A DNA stretch of 32,000 nt from Hahella chejuensis KCTC 2396 (GCF_000012985.1 NC_007645.1:3896581-3928580); one strand, 5' to 3'; counted from the stretch's first letter, positions 1 to 7,935 are shown. The notes: generated by a model from the sequence alone, not told the origin. Numbers and translations: made by a program.

Positions 1-2
1 AC

Positions 3-1295
3 TCGGGATTCGCCCTGGTGGCGCTGAGTCCCTGGGGAGAACGCCGCTCCGCCTGGGACATCATGGACGATGTGCGCAAATCTCTATCGGACTTGCCGGG
101 CGTACGCGCCTTCCCAGTCATGCGGCAGGGGTTCGGCGGCGGCATCTCCAAGCCGGTGCAGTTTGTCATCGGCGGCGGCACTTATGAGGAACTGGCGGAA
201 TGGCGCGATATTCTGTCCAAGGAAATCGACGCCTCCAATCCCGGCCTCGCCGGCGTGGACTTCGATTACAAGGAAACCCGCCCTTACCTGTCCGTGCAGA
301 TCAACTATGATCGCGCCGCCGATCTGGGGGTAAAAGTGCAGGATATCGGCCGCACGCTGGAGTCTGTTCTCGGCGGCCGCACCGTCACCACCTATCTGGA
401 TAACGGTCAGGAATACGACGTCATTGTGGAGGGCGAACGCGACGCCCAGCGCACCCCCGCCAGCATCCAGAACATCTATGTGCGATCACAGCGCAGCGGC
501 GAGTTGATCCCTCTTTCCAGCGTGGTGACCCTGCGCGAATTCGCCGACTCCAGCAATCTCAATCGCTTCAATCGACTGCGCGCCATCACTCTGGAAGCCA
601 ATCTGGAGGACTCCCTTACCCTGGGCAAAGCGCTGAGCTATCTGGAAAATCTGGTGGAAACCCAGCTTCCCGCTCACGCCCAGATTGACTACAAAGGCCA
701 GTCAGCCGATTTCCGCGAAGCGGGAACCGCGCTGGCGACCACATTGGTATTGGGCATACTGATTGTATTCCTGGTATTGGCGGCGCAATTCGAAAGCTAC
801 GTGCACCCGTTCGTGATCATGCTGACCGTGCCGTTGGCGGTAGCGGGCGGCATGCTCGGACTCTACATTACCGGCAATTCGCTTAACCTGTACACGCAGA
901 TAGGCTTGATCATGCTGGTGGGTCTCGCGGCGAAAAACGGCATTTTAATCGTAGAGTTCACCAACCAGCTACGCGATCAGGGGCTCACTTTCGATAACGC
1001 CCTGGTGGAAGCGTCCATGGCCCGTCTCAGGCCGATTCTGATGACAGCGGTGACCACCATCGCCGGCGCTGTGCCGTTAATGCTGTCCGACGGTCCCGGC
1101 TCGGAAACCCGCTCAGTCATCGGCATCGTCATCCTCTGGGGCGTCTCCGCCGCCACCCTGTTTACGGTGTTCATCGTTCCTGTGGCGTACAGCCTGCTGG
1201 CCCGCAAAACCCGTTCGCCCAAAGCGGTGGAAAAACAGCTGGAGGAAGAACTCAAGCTGCATGAAGACCACGCCATAGAGCATCTGGCGGATTAG
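3..1295 (+). CDS. RND (AcrB/HAE1-type) efflux permease, C-terminal ~430 aa; 5' end lies outside the window
   Basis: The frame is open from the window edge. The C-terminal TM bundle carries RND hallmarks: AAQFESYVHPFVIMLTVPLA, GLAAKNGILIVEF, RLRPILMTAVTTIAG. Codon usage is high-GC like the other core genes. Confidence 0.9.
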   Translation, partial: SGFALVALSPWGERRSAWDIMDDVRKSLSDLPGVRAFPVMRQGFGGGISKPVQFVIGGGTYEELAEWRDILSKEIDASNPGLAGVDFDYKETRPYLSVQINYDRAADLGVKVQDIGRTLESVLGGRTVTTYLDNGQEYDVIVEGERDAQRTPASIQNIYVRSQRSGELIPLSSVVTLREFADSSNLNRFNRLRAITLEANLEDSLTLGKALSYLENLVETQLPAHAQIDYKGQSADFREAGTALATTLVLGILIVFLVLAAQFESYVHPFVIMLTVPLAVAGGMLGLYITGNSLNLYTQIGLIMLVGLAAKNGILIVEFTNQLRDQGLTFDNALVEASMARLRPILMTAVTTIAGAVPLMLSDGPGSETRSVIGIVILWGVSAATLFTVFIVPVAYSLLARKTRSPKAVEKQLEEELKLHEDHAIEHLAD

Positions 1296-1309
1296 ATTCA
1301 CTCCTCATA

Positions 1310-1338
1310 GCCCGTCGGGAAGGCGATTGCCGACGGGC
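1310..1338. terminator. Stem-loop between convergent genes (possible bidirectional terminator or REP-like element)
   Basis: Perfect 9-bp inverted repeat GCCCGTCGG (1310-1318) / CCGACGGGC (1330-1338) with an 11-nt loop, 15 nt after the RND stop codon. There is no strong U-tract. Confidence 0.45.
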
Positions 1339-1363
1339 CATATCCTTTAGCGCCCCCTTGTCA

Positions 1364-1630
1364 TCAATGAGACGGCGCGTTTGGAGTTTGCTTTGGGTGG
1401 ATAGCAGGAGTAATTCTTCGTCCCTGATACAGCGCGCTATCCCGCAAAAACTCCCTTGCCAACTGCGCCGCTGCAACTTGGTTATCCCTCACACTGGCGA
1501 TTTCCTGCTCATTCAATTTAACGCTGATATCCTGAACAAAAGGCCCTCCAGTCAGAAAAGTCAGATACCAATCCTCACCTTCTTGCATCAGTAAATAGGA
1601 ATACGCCTCTTGAAAAATAACTTTCAACAA
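1364..1630 (-). CDS. Small hypothetical protein (88 aa), putative orphan immunity-type protein; paralog of 2510..2767
   Basis: About three quarters of residues match ORF 2510..2767 (MLKVIFQEAYSYLLMQ.. vs MLKLIFQEAYFYMLMQ..; ..VKLNEQEIA.VRDNQVAA.QLAREFL.DS.LYQGRRITP). Both start at TTG-TTG preceded by GAGG. It sits in the toxin/immunity island. Confidence 0.6.
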   Translation of the reverse strand: MLKVIFQEAYSYLLMQEGEDWYLTFLTGGPFVQDISVKLNEQEIASVRDNQVAAAQLAREFLRDSALYQGRRITPAIHPKQTPNAPSH

Positions 1631-1744
1631 GCCGCCTCAAAAGAAAAAGTAAATCTGTGGCGGTTGACCGACGCGCTGATTTTTTGATAATTGATTATTA
1701 TCGTAATTATAAATAATCTATCTATTACCATTTTCGTCATTATA

Positions 1745-2209
1745 TTAAGAAAGCTTCCTGCTGACGACACGCACCCAGTCTTCAACATCTATTTGATCAT
1801 CGGTTTCAACAGAAAGAAGCTGAGTAAACATCTGAGTTGAAGTTACTATTGCCCAGATAGAAAAAAGACAGGCCTCATAGTCGTCTTGTGTTAAATCTGG
1901 AAATTCAGACAGTATCATCCTTCTAATATTTTCGTTAGCCCAGATACTGTCTAATAAATCAGCAACAAAAACATTTCCATTTATCGTAGCTATGCCTTGA
2001 CGTATAACCTCTCCCTCTTTCTCTGTGCTTGCCCAATGCAGCTTACTCACAAGATTAAGTGATTCATCAGAGGTAGAGCCATGAAGAAGCATCCCCGCCC
2101 TTATACGATCAGTGGCCCTAGGCAGTTCCTCATTAGGCGTTAACCTAGTCGACAGCTCCTTAATAATGCAATTAAGAACTTGCTTTCCACTGCCTTTTCT
2201 CATAGTCAT
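1745..2209 (-). CDS. Hypothetical protein (154 aa; the start may be the ATG at 2203), paralog of the immunity-position ORF 13018..13500; no cognate toxin next to it
   Basis: Colinear similarity to 13018..13500 along the whole length: MRKGSGKQ, ATDRIRAG.LLHGSTS, LVSKLHW, GEV.RQG, NGNVFV.D.L.SIW, DYEACLFSIWA, DDW VRVV. AT-rich codon usage. Confidence 0.65.
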   Translation of the reverse strand: MTMRKGSGKQVLNCIIKELSTRLTPNEELPRATDRIRAGMLLHGSTSDESLNLVSKLHWASTEKEGEVIRQGIATINGNVFVADLLDSIWANENIRRMILSEFPDLTQDDYEACLFSIWAIVTSTQMFTQLLSVETDDQIDVEDWVRVVSRKLS

Positions 2210-2509
2210 GCCTTATGCTTTTATTTAAAATTCCGCCAATTTTCGTTTTGGAAAATCAGTCTGATAATCCATGAAAAAATCACAGATAGGAGAGCATACT
2301 TAAAAAAGCGCCTATTTTTAATCTCAATAATTAACGATAAACTTCTACAGCCACTCCCACCCACGCAGGAAATAACGCTGCCTTCTGATGTCACTTCAAT
2401 ATAAAATATGAGGTATACAGCTGAGCCAATTTAGTCTTTGGTCTAAACAGCAGTACAGGCCATTTTGCGATTACCTGACCCGATCCTACCTATCGATGGT
2501 AGAACCGAT

Positions 2510-2767
2510 TTAGTTCTTTGGAGTTTGTTTTGGATAGATGGACGGCGTAATTCTTCGCCCTTGATACAGCGTGCTATCCTGCAAAAACTCCCTTGCTAAT
2601 TGCCCTGCTGCGACTTGATTATCCCTTACCCTGGCAATTTCCTGCTCATTTAGCTTCACGCTGATATCATATATCCCGCCCCCTCCCGAAAGAAAAGTCA
2701 GATACCAATTTTCTTCGTCTTGCATCAGCATATAAAAATATGCCTCTTGAAAAATAAGCTTCAACAA
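2510..2767 (-). CDS. Small hypothetical protein (85 aa), immunity-position ORF downstream of 2761..3246; paralog of 1364..1630
   Basis: It overlaps the 3' end of the upstream ORF by 7 nt, which suggests coupling. TTG start with GAGG upstream. Paralogy as described for 1364..1630. Confidence 0.6.
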   Translation of the reverse strand: MLKLIFQEAYFYMLMQDEENWYLTFLSGGGGIYDISVKLNEQEIARVRDNQVAAGQLAREFLQDSTLYQGRRITPSIYPKQTPKN

Positions 2768-3246
2768 GCCTCTTCAACCTCTCTCATACAGGCAAAAACC
2801 ACATCGCTTCCAAGCTTTTCGATATAACTCGCATGAATCTCCAGTTCAGGCTTCACTGCGTCATATAGGCCTGCGTGATGCAGTAAAGCCAAATAACGCC
2901 GTAAGAGTAGCGCCGCCGGGCTGTCATGACTCGAAAAGAGGTTAACCCCCGCCATCCGTCCCCGGTTCTTTTCCGCAAAATAAGAAGATAGGTTCGCTAG
3001 TAGATGAGAAAGTTCCTCACCCGTCATGTCAAGCCCTGCCATATAGGCCAAAAAAGCCTCTTCGAATTTCTCGCCACTCTCTTCAGATTCCGCTACAAAA
3101 CGGCAGACTTGACCACTGATATTAGCCCCGTGCACATGTCCAAAATAATCTGGACTACGCACGAAATACCGATCTTTACCACGGAAAAAGTCATCAATTT
3201 CATTGTGATTGGGGGCGTACTCAAACGTGTTGGGGTTAGAGACCAA
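2761..3246 (-). CDS. Hypothetical protein (161 aa), possibly a free-standing or decayed toxin C-terminal domain
   Basis: TTG start preceded by AAGAGG at a 6-nt spacing. The N-terminus NTFEYAPNHNEIDDFF weakly echoes the Rhs core-end motif NNYQYAPNPTGWVDPFGL. It is followed by an overlapping small ORF in toxin/immunity layout. Confidence 0.45.
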   Translation of the reverse strand: MVSNPNTFEYAPNHNEIDDFFRGKDRYFVRSPDYFGHVHGANISGQVCRFVAESEESGEKFEEAFLAYMAGLDMTGEELSHLLANLSSYFAEKNRGRMAGVNLFSSHDSPAALLLRRYLALLHHAGLYDAVKPELEIHASYIEKLGSDVVFACMREVEEAC

Positions 3247-3293
3247 GATTTACCTCTTATGCCTTCAGTTTAGTAGTGAAGCGACTGCTGTCA

Positions 3294-3600
3294 TCACACT
3301 GTATTGTGGGCTTTAATGTATTCCAAAGTCAGATGCTCAGGATTCCCCGTCCAGCCTTTTTCTAAATCAAAAACGTAACCAGTATTTTGATTGTTATAGC
3401 AGTAGAAGGTGGAGCCTTCCTCTCTGATAGCTAAGCCAGTTCTCTTTCCAAAAAAGTCACTTCCACAAACTGCTCAAAATTATCGCCATAGTAAATCAAC
3501 TCATCTCCGGCAAGATAAAAGCGGCCATATTTATCCAATCTCTGGATTTATCAGGAAAGATATGTCAAAACTCAATACGGCTAAAGCAGGAGTTCATAAA
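3294..3600 (-). pseudogene. Decayed gene (immunity-like) broken across at least two frames
   Basis: My manual minus-strand translation gives protein-like segments in different frames separated by stops: DKYGRFYLAGDELIYYGDNFEQFVEVTFLERELA*, then AIREEGSTFYCYNNQNTGYVFDLEKGWTGNPEHLTLEYIKAHNTV*. There is no intact ORF. Confidence 0.35.
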
Positions 3601-3715
3601 CACCTTATAAAACAGATCATGAAGCCAACAAGCCTTTGTAGGGGTAAGGCAGCAAACTAACTAATCTCTAAGTTACTGATGACTGAGCCTTCAGCCATTC
3701 ACAAGCAGCGCTATC

Positions 3716-4432
3716 TCAATTTATATTTGCCCCAATAATCTTCGCATATCTCTGTGCCGCCTTATTAGCTCCATAACCACCAAAGTACAGCATTAGTCCT
3801 CCTTGCTCAGTAATCTCAGCGAAATACTTTATATTTCCCCCTTCTCCAACAATCCTAATCTGATCACACAAATCATCTACAGGAGGACCAAACTCCTTCA
3901 ACATTCTGCTAATTTCTTTATATGTTTCATTTTTATTAGAACATTTCAGGCACTCTTCAACAGATTTAACCGGAGATGATATATGCGCGCTTTCTGCATC
4001 ACTTAATATTTCGTATTTCACATAGGCTTTTTGACACACTAACTTTTTAAAACTATCAGCATAGAACTGCCCAATATCACCACAACTACTATAATGAACA
4101 AGACCATTAGATACGTTCATTGCAAGATCAATTCCTGCATGTCCTGCACCAACAATCATCCAATCACCTTCAGGGAAATCCTCAGGAAATTCGTCAATTT
4201 CCTCATAAGTTAGAATTAGGTTTTTCACATCCGTAAATGCTGGAATACTACTTAACAGCCCGCCATCGTTTACTCCAAAAACTTCAAGAAAACTTACATA
4301 ATCCTCCGGGAGTTTCTTCCCGACAGCATCTTGTAGTTCATTAATTTCTTTATCGCTAGCACCTAGCACCGAATTATCTAGATTTTCGTCAATACAGCGA
4401 TACTTTTCTTTTATTTCATGCGCCCAGCTCAT
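3716..4432 (-). CDS. SUKH/SMI1-KNR4 family immunity protein (238 aa)
   Basis: The N-terminal pattern is typical of SMI1/KNR4: ..ASDKEINELQDAVGKKLPEDYVSFLEVFGVNDGG... The start lies 4 nt after the stop of the upstream toxin-like ORF. Confidence 0.75.
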   Translation of the reverse strand: MSWAHEIKEKYRCIDENLDNSVLGASDKEINELQDAVGKKLPEDYVSFLEVFGVNDGGLLSSIPAFTDVKNLILTYEEIDEFPEDFPEGDWMIVGAGHAGIDLAMNVSNGLVHYSSCGDIGQFYADSFKKLVCQKAYVKYEILSDAESAHISSPVKSVEECLKCSNKNETYKEISRMLKEFGPPVDDLCDQIRIVGEGGNIKYFAEITEQGGLMLYFGGYGANKAAQRYAKIIGANIN

Positions 4433-4436
4433 ATAT

Positions 4437-5108
4437 TCACCCCTTCATCGCCTTCATCGCCTTCATCGCCTTCATCGCCTTCTTCATATATACTTCTTCA
4501 TTATATTTATCAGAGCATGTATCGCAAGGATTCATTTCCGTACTAATATATTCTTTTATTTCATCCTTATTAGGTCCAGAATACGCATGAGGATTAGCCG
4601 TCTTTCCTCTCCACTGAGTTGACATTCCAGTTATCGGGCTATCTATTTCACTGGCAGATACAGCACATTTTGGCTCTGCACAAGCTCCCGGCATATTTCC
4701 TCCGTCTATTTGAGCAACACCATCCTCTTCGCCTAGTGTTTTATCACATACACTGTACTTCCCATAGCCGTATTTCTTATCCAATACCTGCTGTAACTTT
4801 TCTCTATTATTCTGAAATTTTTCTGAGGCCACATTTCCTGACAAACCTACACTGATACGCCCATCTTGATGTGTAAAGACATTAACTGCGGGGCTGCTTT
4901 TCTTACTTATCACCCCTTCCATCGACTCTATAACCTTTCTTGCTTCCTCTTGAGCCTCACGTGTTCTTGGGGGGTATTTATATGCTGTGTCTGGTCTCTG
5001 GTTAATTTCAGTTTCAGATTTATTGTTTGGACAGTAGCTTCCCGCCACCTCATTAAGGTTAGCCTCACTCTCCAAGCCTTCCTTTTCGAATTCACTTTCA
5101 TCCATCAT
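4437..5108 (-). CDS. Putative deaminase-fold toxin (223 aa), likely T6SS cargo effector
   Basis: Candidate zinc/catalytic motifs of the deaminase fold: G-A-CAE-PKC (C/H-x-E) and, about 50 aa later, NPCDTC (PCxxC). The start overlaps the stop of the upstream DUF4123 gene (ATGA at 5105-5108). A SUKH immunity gene follows. The C-terminus is an (AMK)4 repeat. Confidence 0.6.
   Translation of the reverse strand: MMDESEFEKEGLESEANLNEVAGSYCPNNKSETEINQRPDTAYKYPPRTREAQEEARKVIESMEGVISKKSSPAVNVFTHQDGRISVGLSGNVASEKFQNNREKLQQVLDKKYGYGKYSVCDKTLGEEDGVAQIDGGNMPGACAEPKCAVSASEIDSPITGMSTQWRGKTANPHAYSGPNKDEIKEYISTEMNPCDTCSDKYNEEVYMKKAMKAMKAMKAMKG
4442..4482. repeat. 9-bp tandem repeat, 4 full copies plus a partial (CCTTCATCG)n
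   Basis: CCTTCATCG occurs at 4442, 4451, 4460 and 4469, with a partial copy at 4478-4482. It encodes KAMKAMKAMKAMKG at the C-terminus of ORF 4437..5108 and ends about 10 nt before the immunity gene start. Confidence 0.95.
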
Positions 5109-6082
5109 GCTAGTACTTCTTCCATTATTGGCTGACTTCTACAGTAGTAATAAAGCGCTTCCAGGCGGCGGCTCAAGGAGCCAAAGTTTCTATTCTCAAG
5201 ATAATCAGAGCGAATCCAGGACAAGGACTTGTTATCCATAAAATCCCAACCATAAAGCACGCAGATATTGAGAAAGAAGAAGGCATCTTGGCGAATAGTG
5301 GCGCCGATACTTTGGGCCTGCTTGATTGCAGCCTCAAAACGCACAAAAAGCTCATTGTCATTCAAAGGCTGTAGCTTTTTCGTATAACGCCTCTTGAACA
5401 GTTTTACCATTCGCCGAACATATGCGTCCGCACTAACTTTGGCCAAAAGATCCCGTTGATCTGGTCTAATTTTCATTCCCAGACCACTAGATTCGGGATG
5501 TTTGCTAAGGTCAGTTATGTATAAATCGACCTCTGCTCCTGTGTCATTACTAGTACGCACTTCAAGCTCAATACCCCTGCGCCGATACCGACGAGAAAAC
5601 GAAGGCTCGTCACCCTCCATCCAGAAAGCGCCAATATCTCCCATAATTTTGTTTATCTGCGTCAAATCGCAGCTTGGCAGTAGTGCACCGAGAAAGCGTG
5701 GATCACAATACCTAAAGTACCAGTTCTCATTATTGGGACCGCGAACTTTAGCAATTCGCCGAAAATGTCGCACCAGATCAGGCATGGGCTTATTGCTTGC
5801 TAAAAAAATCCCCCAACTTTTTCCCCACGTTTCTTCAAACAACCAGTTGCTGAAGCTGCCTTCCTTCAGCTCGACTATATGAGGAGATGCAGCTTTTAAT
5901 TCCTCACCAACCTTTGGCCAAAAAAGAGTAGAACTATCGCAGGAGCTCTGGGTAATCGCAGGATATAGTCCATCATTACTGGCACAATCAATCAGCGCAT
6001 AATAATGTCGATAACCAGGACAACACCCTTTGAAGGTTTTTAGTGTCGGCTTTTCGTATAAACTCGCATCATTAGTGGGCAT
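5105..6082 (-). CDS. DUF4123-domain protein (T6SS effector adaptor/chaperone, Tap/TEC family) with a C-terminal extension
   Basis: DUF4123-like pattern: YYALIDCASNDGLY ... LFW....EL..ASPHIVEL....F..WL.E..WG.SWGIFL.S......LVRHFRR...V...N...WYFRYCDPRFLGALLP. It is translationally coupled to the downstream toxin-like ORF. Confidence 0.75.
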   Translation of the reverse strand: MPTNDASLYEKPTLKTFKGCCPGYRHYYALIDCASNDGLYPAITQSSCDSSTLFWPKVGEELKAASPHIVELKEGSFSNWLFEETWGKSWGIFLASNKPMPDLVRHFRRIAKVRGPNNENWYFRYCDPRFLGALLPSCDLTQINKIMGDIGAFWMEGDEPSFSRRYRRRGIELEVRTSNDTGAEVDLYITDLSKHPESSGLGMKIRPDQRDLLAKVSADAYVRRMVKLFKRRYTKKLQPLNDNELFVRFEAAIKQAQSIGATIRQDAFFFLNICVLYGWDFMDNKSLSWIRSDYLENRNFGSLSRRLEALYYYCRSQPIMEEVLA

Positions 6083-6150
6083 AAATTATGCGTTTCACTC
6101 CTTTAAACTCCTTAACAGCTCTTTCTAGACAGACCAGCATGGGCCTACGT

Positions 6151-6420
6151 TTAGCTTTCTAACTCCAAATCAAATGCAATATTCTGACACTTCTTTAAAA
6201 TTTGCGACAACTCTGGATCAGACTCTTCAAACTCTCTAACAGCAAAATGCCCAAGAATTATCTTATCTAGCTTACTTTCATCTTTTTCCTTTCCATCAAC
6301 TATCGCAAGCAAATAATTAAGTTGCCTAGCTATACTATGGTAAATTTCAAAATCCGGCGTTAGCTTAAGCCTTTCTTCATTTATTGCTATAGCTTCGCAT
6401 AGTGTTTCTTTTTTATTCAT
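6151..6420 (-). CDS. Small helical hypothetical protein (89 aa), second immunity-position ORF of orphan cassette O1
   Basis: Intact ATG ORF with AT-rich codon usage. The motif LGHFAVREFEESDPELSQILKK is reminiscent of small helical T6SS immunity proteins. This is an unverified recollection of the Tsi6 family. Confidence 0.5.
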   Translation of the reverse strand: MNKKETLCEAIAINEERLKLTPDFEIYHSIARQLNYLLAIVDGKEKDESKLDKIILGHFAVREFEESDPELSQILKKCQNIAFDLELES

Positions 6421-6527
6421 CCAACCACCGCTTTATAGCTCCCTTTATTAGCGCTAGCGGAGATTAGCTTTGTTCGCCTACTGCTATGGCCCAGCGCATA
6501 CTGCATAATGGTCTAATCACTGACAAT

Positions 6528-6926
6528 TCAGTAATTATCTGTCACAAGCTTTTTATCTACATATCTGATCCTGTTCTGCGGCCCATGGCCTGCATATTCG
6601 GTATAGGTTAAAAATACCGCCTTACAAATCATGCAAACATTTATATATGACTCATGGTAAGGGTAAAAATGAATGGCTATTGGAGCATCCTTGCTCCAAT
6701 AATTTGTACCGTCTACGTGATACTCGGTATAACCATTCTTTTTTATTGACTCTTCTGCGCCTTCAAACTCTGCTATAGGTTTGATATTTTTACTAGTATC
6801 TGGAGTGATATTTGACCATCCCCTTAAGTCTTGCTTTCTACAGAATTCACAGGCATCAGTATTTTCTTCCTCTATTAGTTTTAGAAGTGACTCAAAATCC
6901 ATTTTAACCAGCTTTTCTTGACTCAT
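6528..6926 (-). CDS. Hypothetical Cys-pair protein (~132 aa), cognate-position immunity ORF of orphan cassette O1
   Basis: The ATG at 6926 is preceded by AGGTG. An alternative GTG at 6935 abuts the O1 stop codon. It contains CEFC and CMIC pairs, which could form a zinc ribbon. Confidence 0.6.
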   Translation of the reverse strand: MSQEKLVKMDFESLLKLIEEENTDACEFCRKQDLRGWSNITPDTSKNIKPIAEFEGAEESIKKNGYTEYHVDGTNYWSKDAPIAIHFYPYHESYINVCMICKAVFLTYTEYAGHGPQNRIRYVDKKLVTDNY

Positions 6927-6935
6927 TATTTGCAC

Positions 6936-7823
6936 CTACTTATCTTTAATTATCCTTGCATTTTCAAATGCCTTTTCATATCCATCTAAACTCTTTCCAT
7001 GATCAACTTTCTCTGCACCAATAAGAGCAGCCTCTGTAGTTCCTGATTTAGTTTTCCCTCCTGGGACCCATTCACCAGGAATAGCACCAAATTCATTCCC
7101 TGTAGGCATTTCATAAGAAAATCTAGAGTCTCCTGGCTTTATTTGCACATACATTATTCTATCTTTCTCCAGTCCTTTTAAATCCATATCGCTTAGTCCG
7201 AGATTTAGCTCATCATTTAAAACATTTAAGTCACCAGTTGATTCAAATTTCTGAATAACCTGATCCATTTCTGACTTTAATCCTACAAACTTTCTTGGAG
7301 GGAGTGTCGAATGTCGGCTACCAATAGTCCAGCTTTCAACCACTATAAAAGCGCCGCCTTCAGAGGCAAATTTTTGCTTATAACTATCTATATAGGATTG
7401 AGGTAGGTAAGAAGCTGGATCATCAGGCTTACTACCTCTAGGCATACCTTCAACTTCCTTCATCTTCTGATAACTTTTTGCCGCCTCAGTACTGTTCGCA
7501 AAGTGTCCCTTAGTGTCTTTTTGGAACTGGTTCCAAGAGTTTTCCTTACAAGTCAACCCATACGGATCGACCCACCCCGTGGGATTCGGCGCATATTGAT
7601 AGTTGTTGTCTCCCCCCAACAGCCCAACTGGGTCCTGGTTGATGAACCGTGCGGCGCTGGGGTCATAATAACGGCGCCGGTTGTAATGCAGGCCGGTTTC
7701 TTCGTCGTAGTATTGGCCCTGGAAGCGCAGTGGGTTCTGTACGTCTTCGACGTCTTGCAGCGCCAGATTGCCGTAGGCTTTGTAGCGGGCGGACCAGACG
7801 ACTTCGCCTTCCGCGTTGGTCAT
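6936..7823 (-). CDS. Orphan Rhs cassette O1: core-end fragment plus unique C-terminal toxin domain (295 aa from an internal ATG)
   Basis: The sequence MTNAEGEVVWSARYKAYGNLAL...RFINQDPVGLLGGDNNYQYAPNPTGWVDPYGL is near-identical to the end of the main Rhs, followed by a unique ~210 aa tail. Two codons upstream of the ATG a TAG replaces the CAG of the main gene (P*EM vs PQEM). Homology decays further upstream, to about 7935. Confidence 0.8.
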   Translation of the reverse strand: MTNAEGEVVWSARYKAYGNLALQDVEDVQNPLRFQGQYYDEETGLHYNRRRYYDPSAARFINQDPVGLLGGDNNYQYAPNPTGWVDPYGLTCKENSWNQFQKDTKGHFANSTEAAKSYQKMKEVEGMPRGSKPDDPASYLPQSYIDSYKQKFASEGGAFIVVESWTIGSRHSTLPPRKFVGLKSEMDQVIQKFESTGDLNVLNDELNLGLSDMDLKGLEKDRIMYVQIKPGDSRFSYEMPTGNEFGAIPGEWVPGGKTKSGTTEAALIGAEKVDHGKSLDGYEKAFENARIIKDK

Positions 7824-7935
7824 TTCCTATGGCTTGTCCTGGTGGTAGTAATAGACCTGTGTATTCTGGATGAACGCCAACCGATGGAAGGAGCTTGTTC
7901 TTATAGACGTAGAGTTTGTTCAGAAATAGCTAGAG
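7554..7935 (-). repeat. Rhs core-end repeat, copy O1 (5' part eroded)
   Basis: Aligns by eye with 16323..16700 of the main rhs. It is near-identical over 7554-7823 and progressively mutated over 7824-7935. Confidence 0.85.

Noticed and set aside
1336-1351. Possible att-like direct repeat at the island edges (GGCCATATCCTTTAGC at 1336-1351 vs GCGCATATTCCTTATC at 21783-21798)
   Set aside because: Only 11 of 16 positions match without gaps, the sequence is short and low-complexity, and no integrase is present. Chance cannot be excluded.
2487-2503. Small hairpin CTACC-TATCGAT-GGTAG just downstream of ORF 2510..2767
   Set aside because: The stem is only 5 bp and no U-tract follows on the relevant (minus) strand, which is too weak to call a terminator.
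3409-3660. Plus-strand ORF of 83 aa
   Set aside because: It lies antisense to a region where the minus strand shows protein-like but frame-broken segments, so a pseudogene is the better explanation. The plus-strand product is low-complexity and basic.
4442-4482. Short tandem repeat considered as a possible CRISPR-like or regulatory array
   Set aside because: The unit is 9 bp with no spacers and lies in frame inside a coding region, so it is a coding minisatellite. There is no CRISPR repeat-spacer architecture anywhere in the window.
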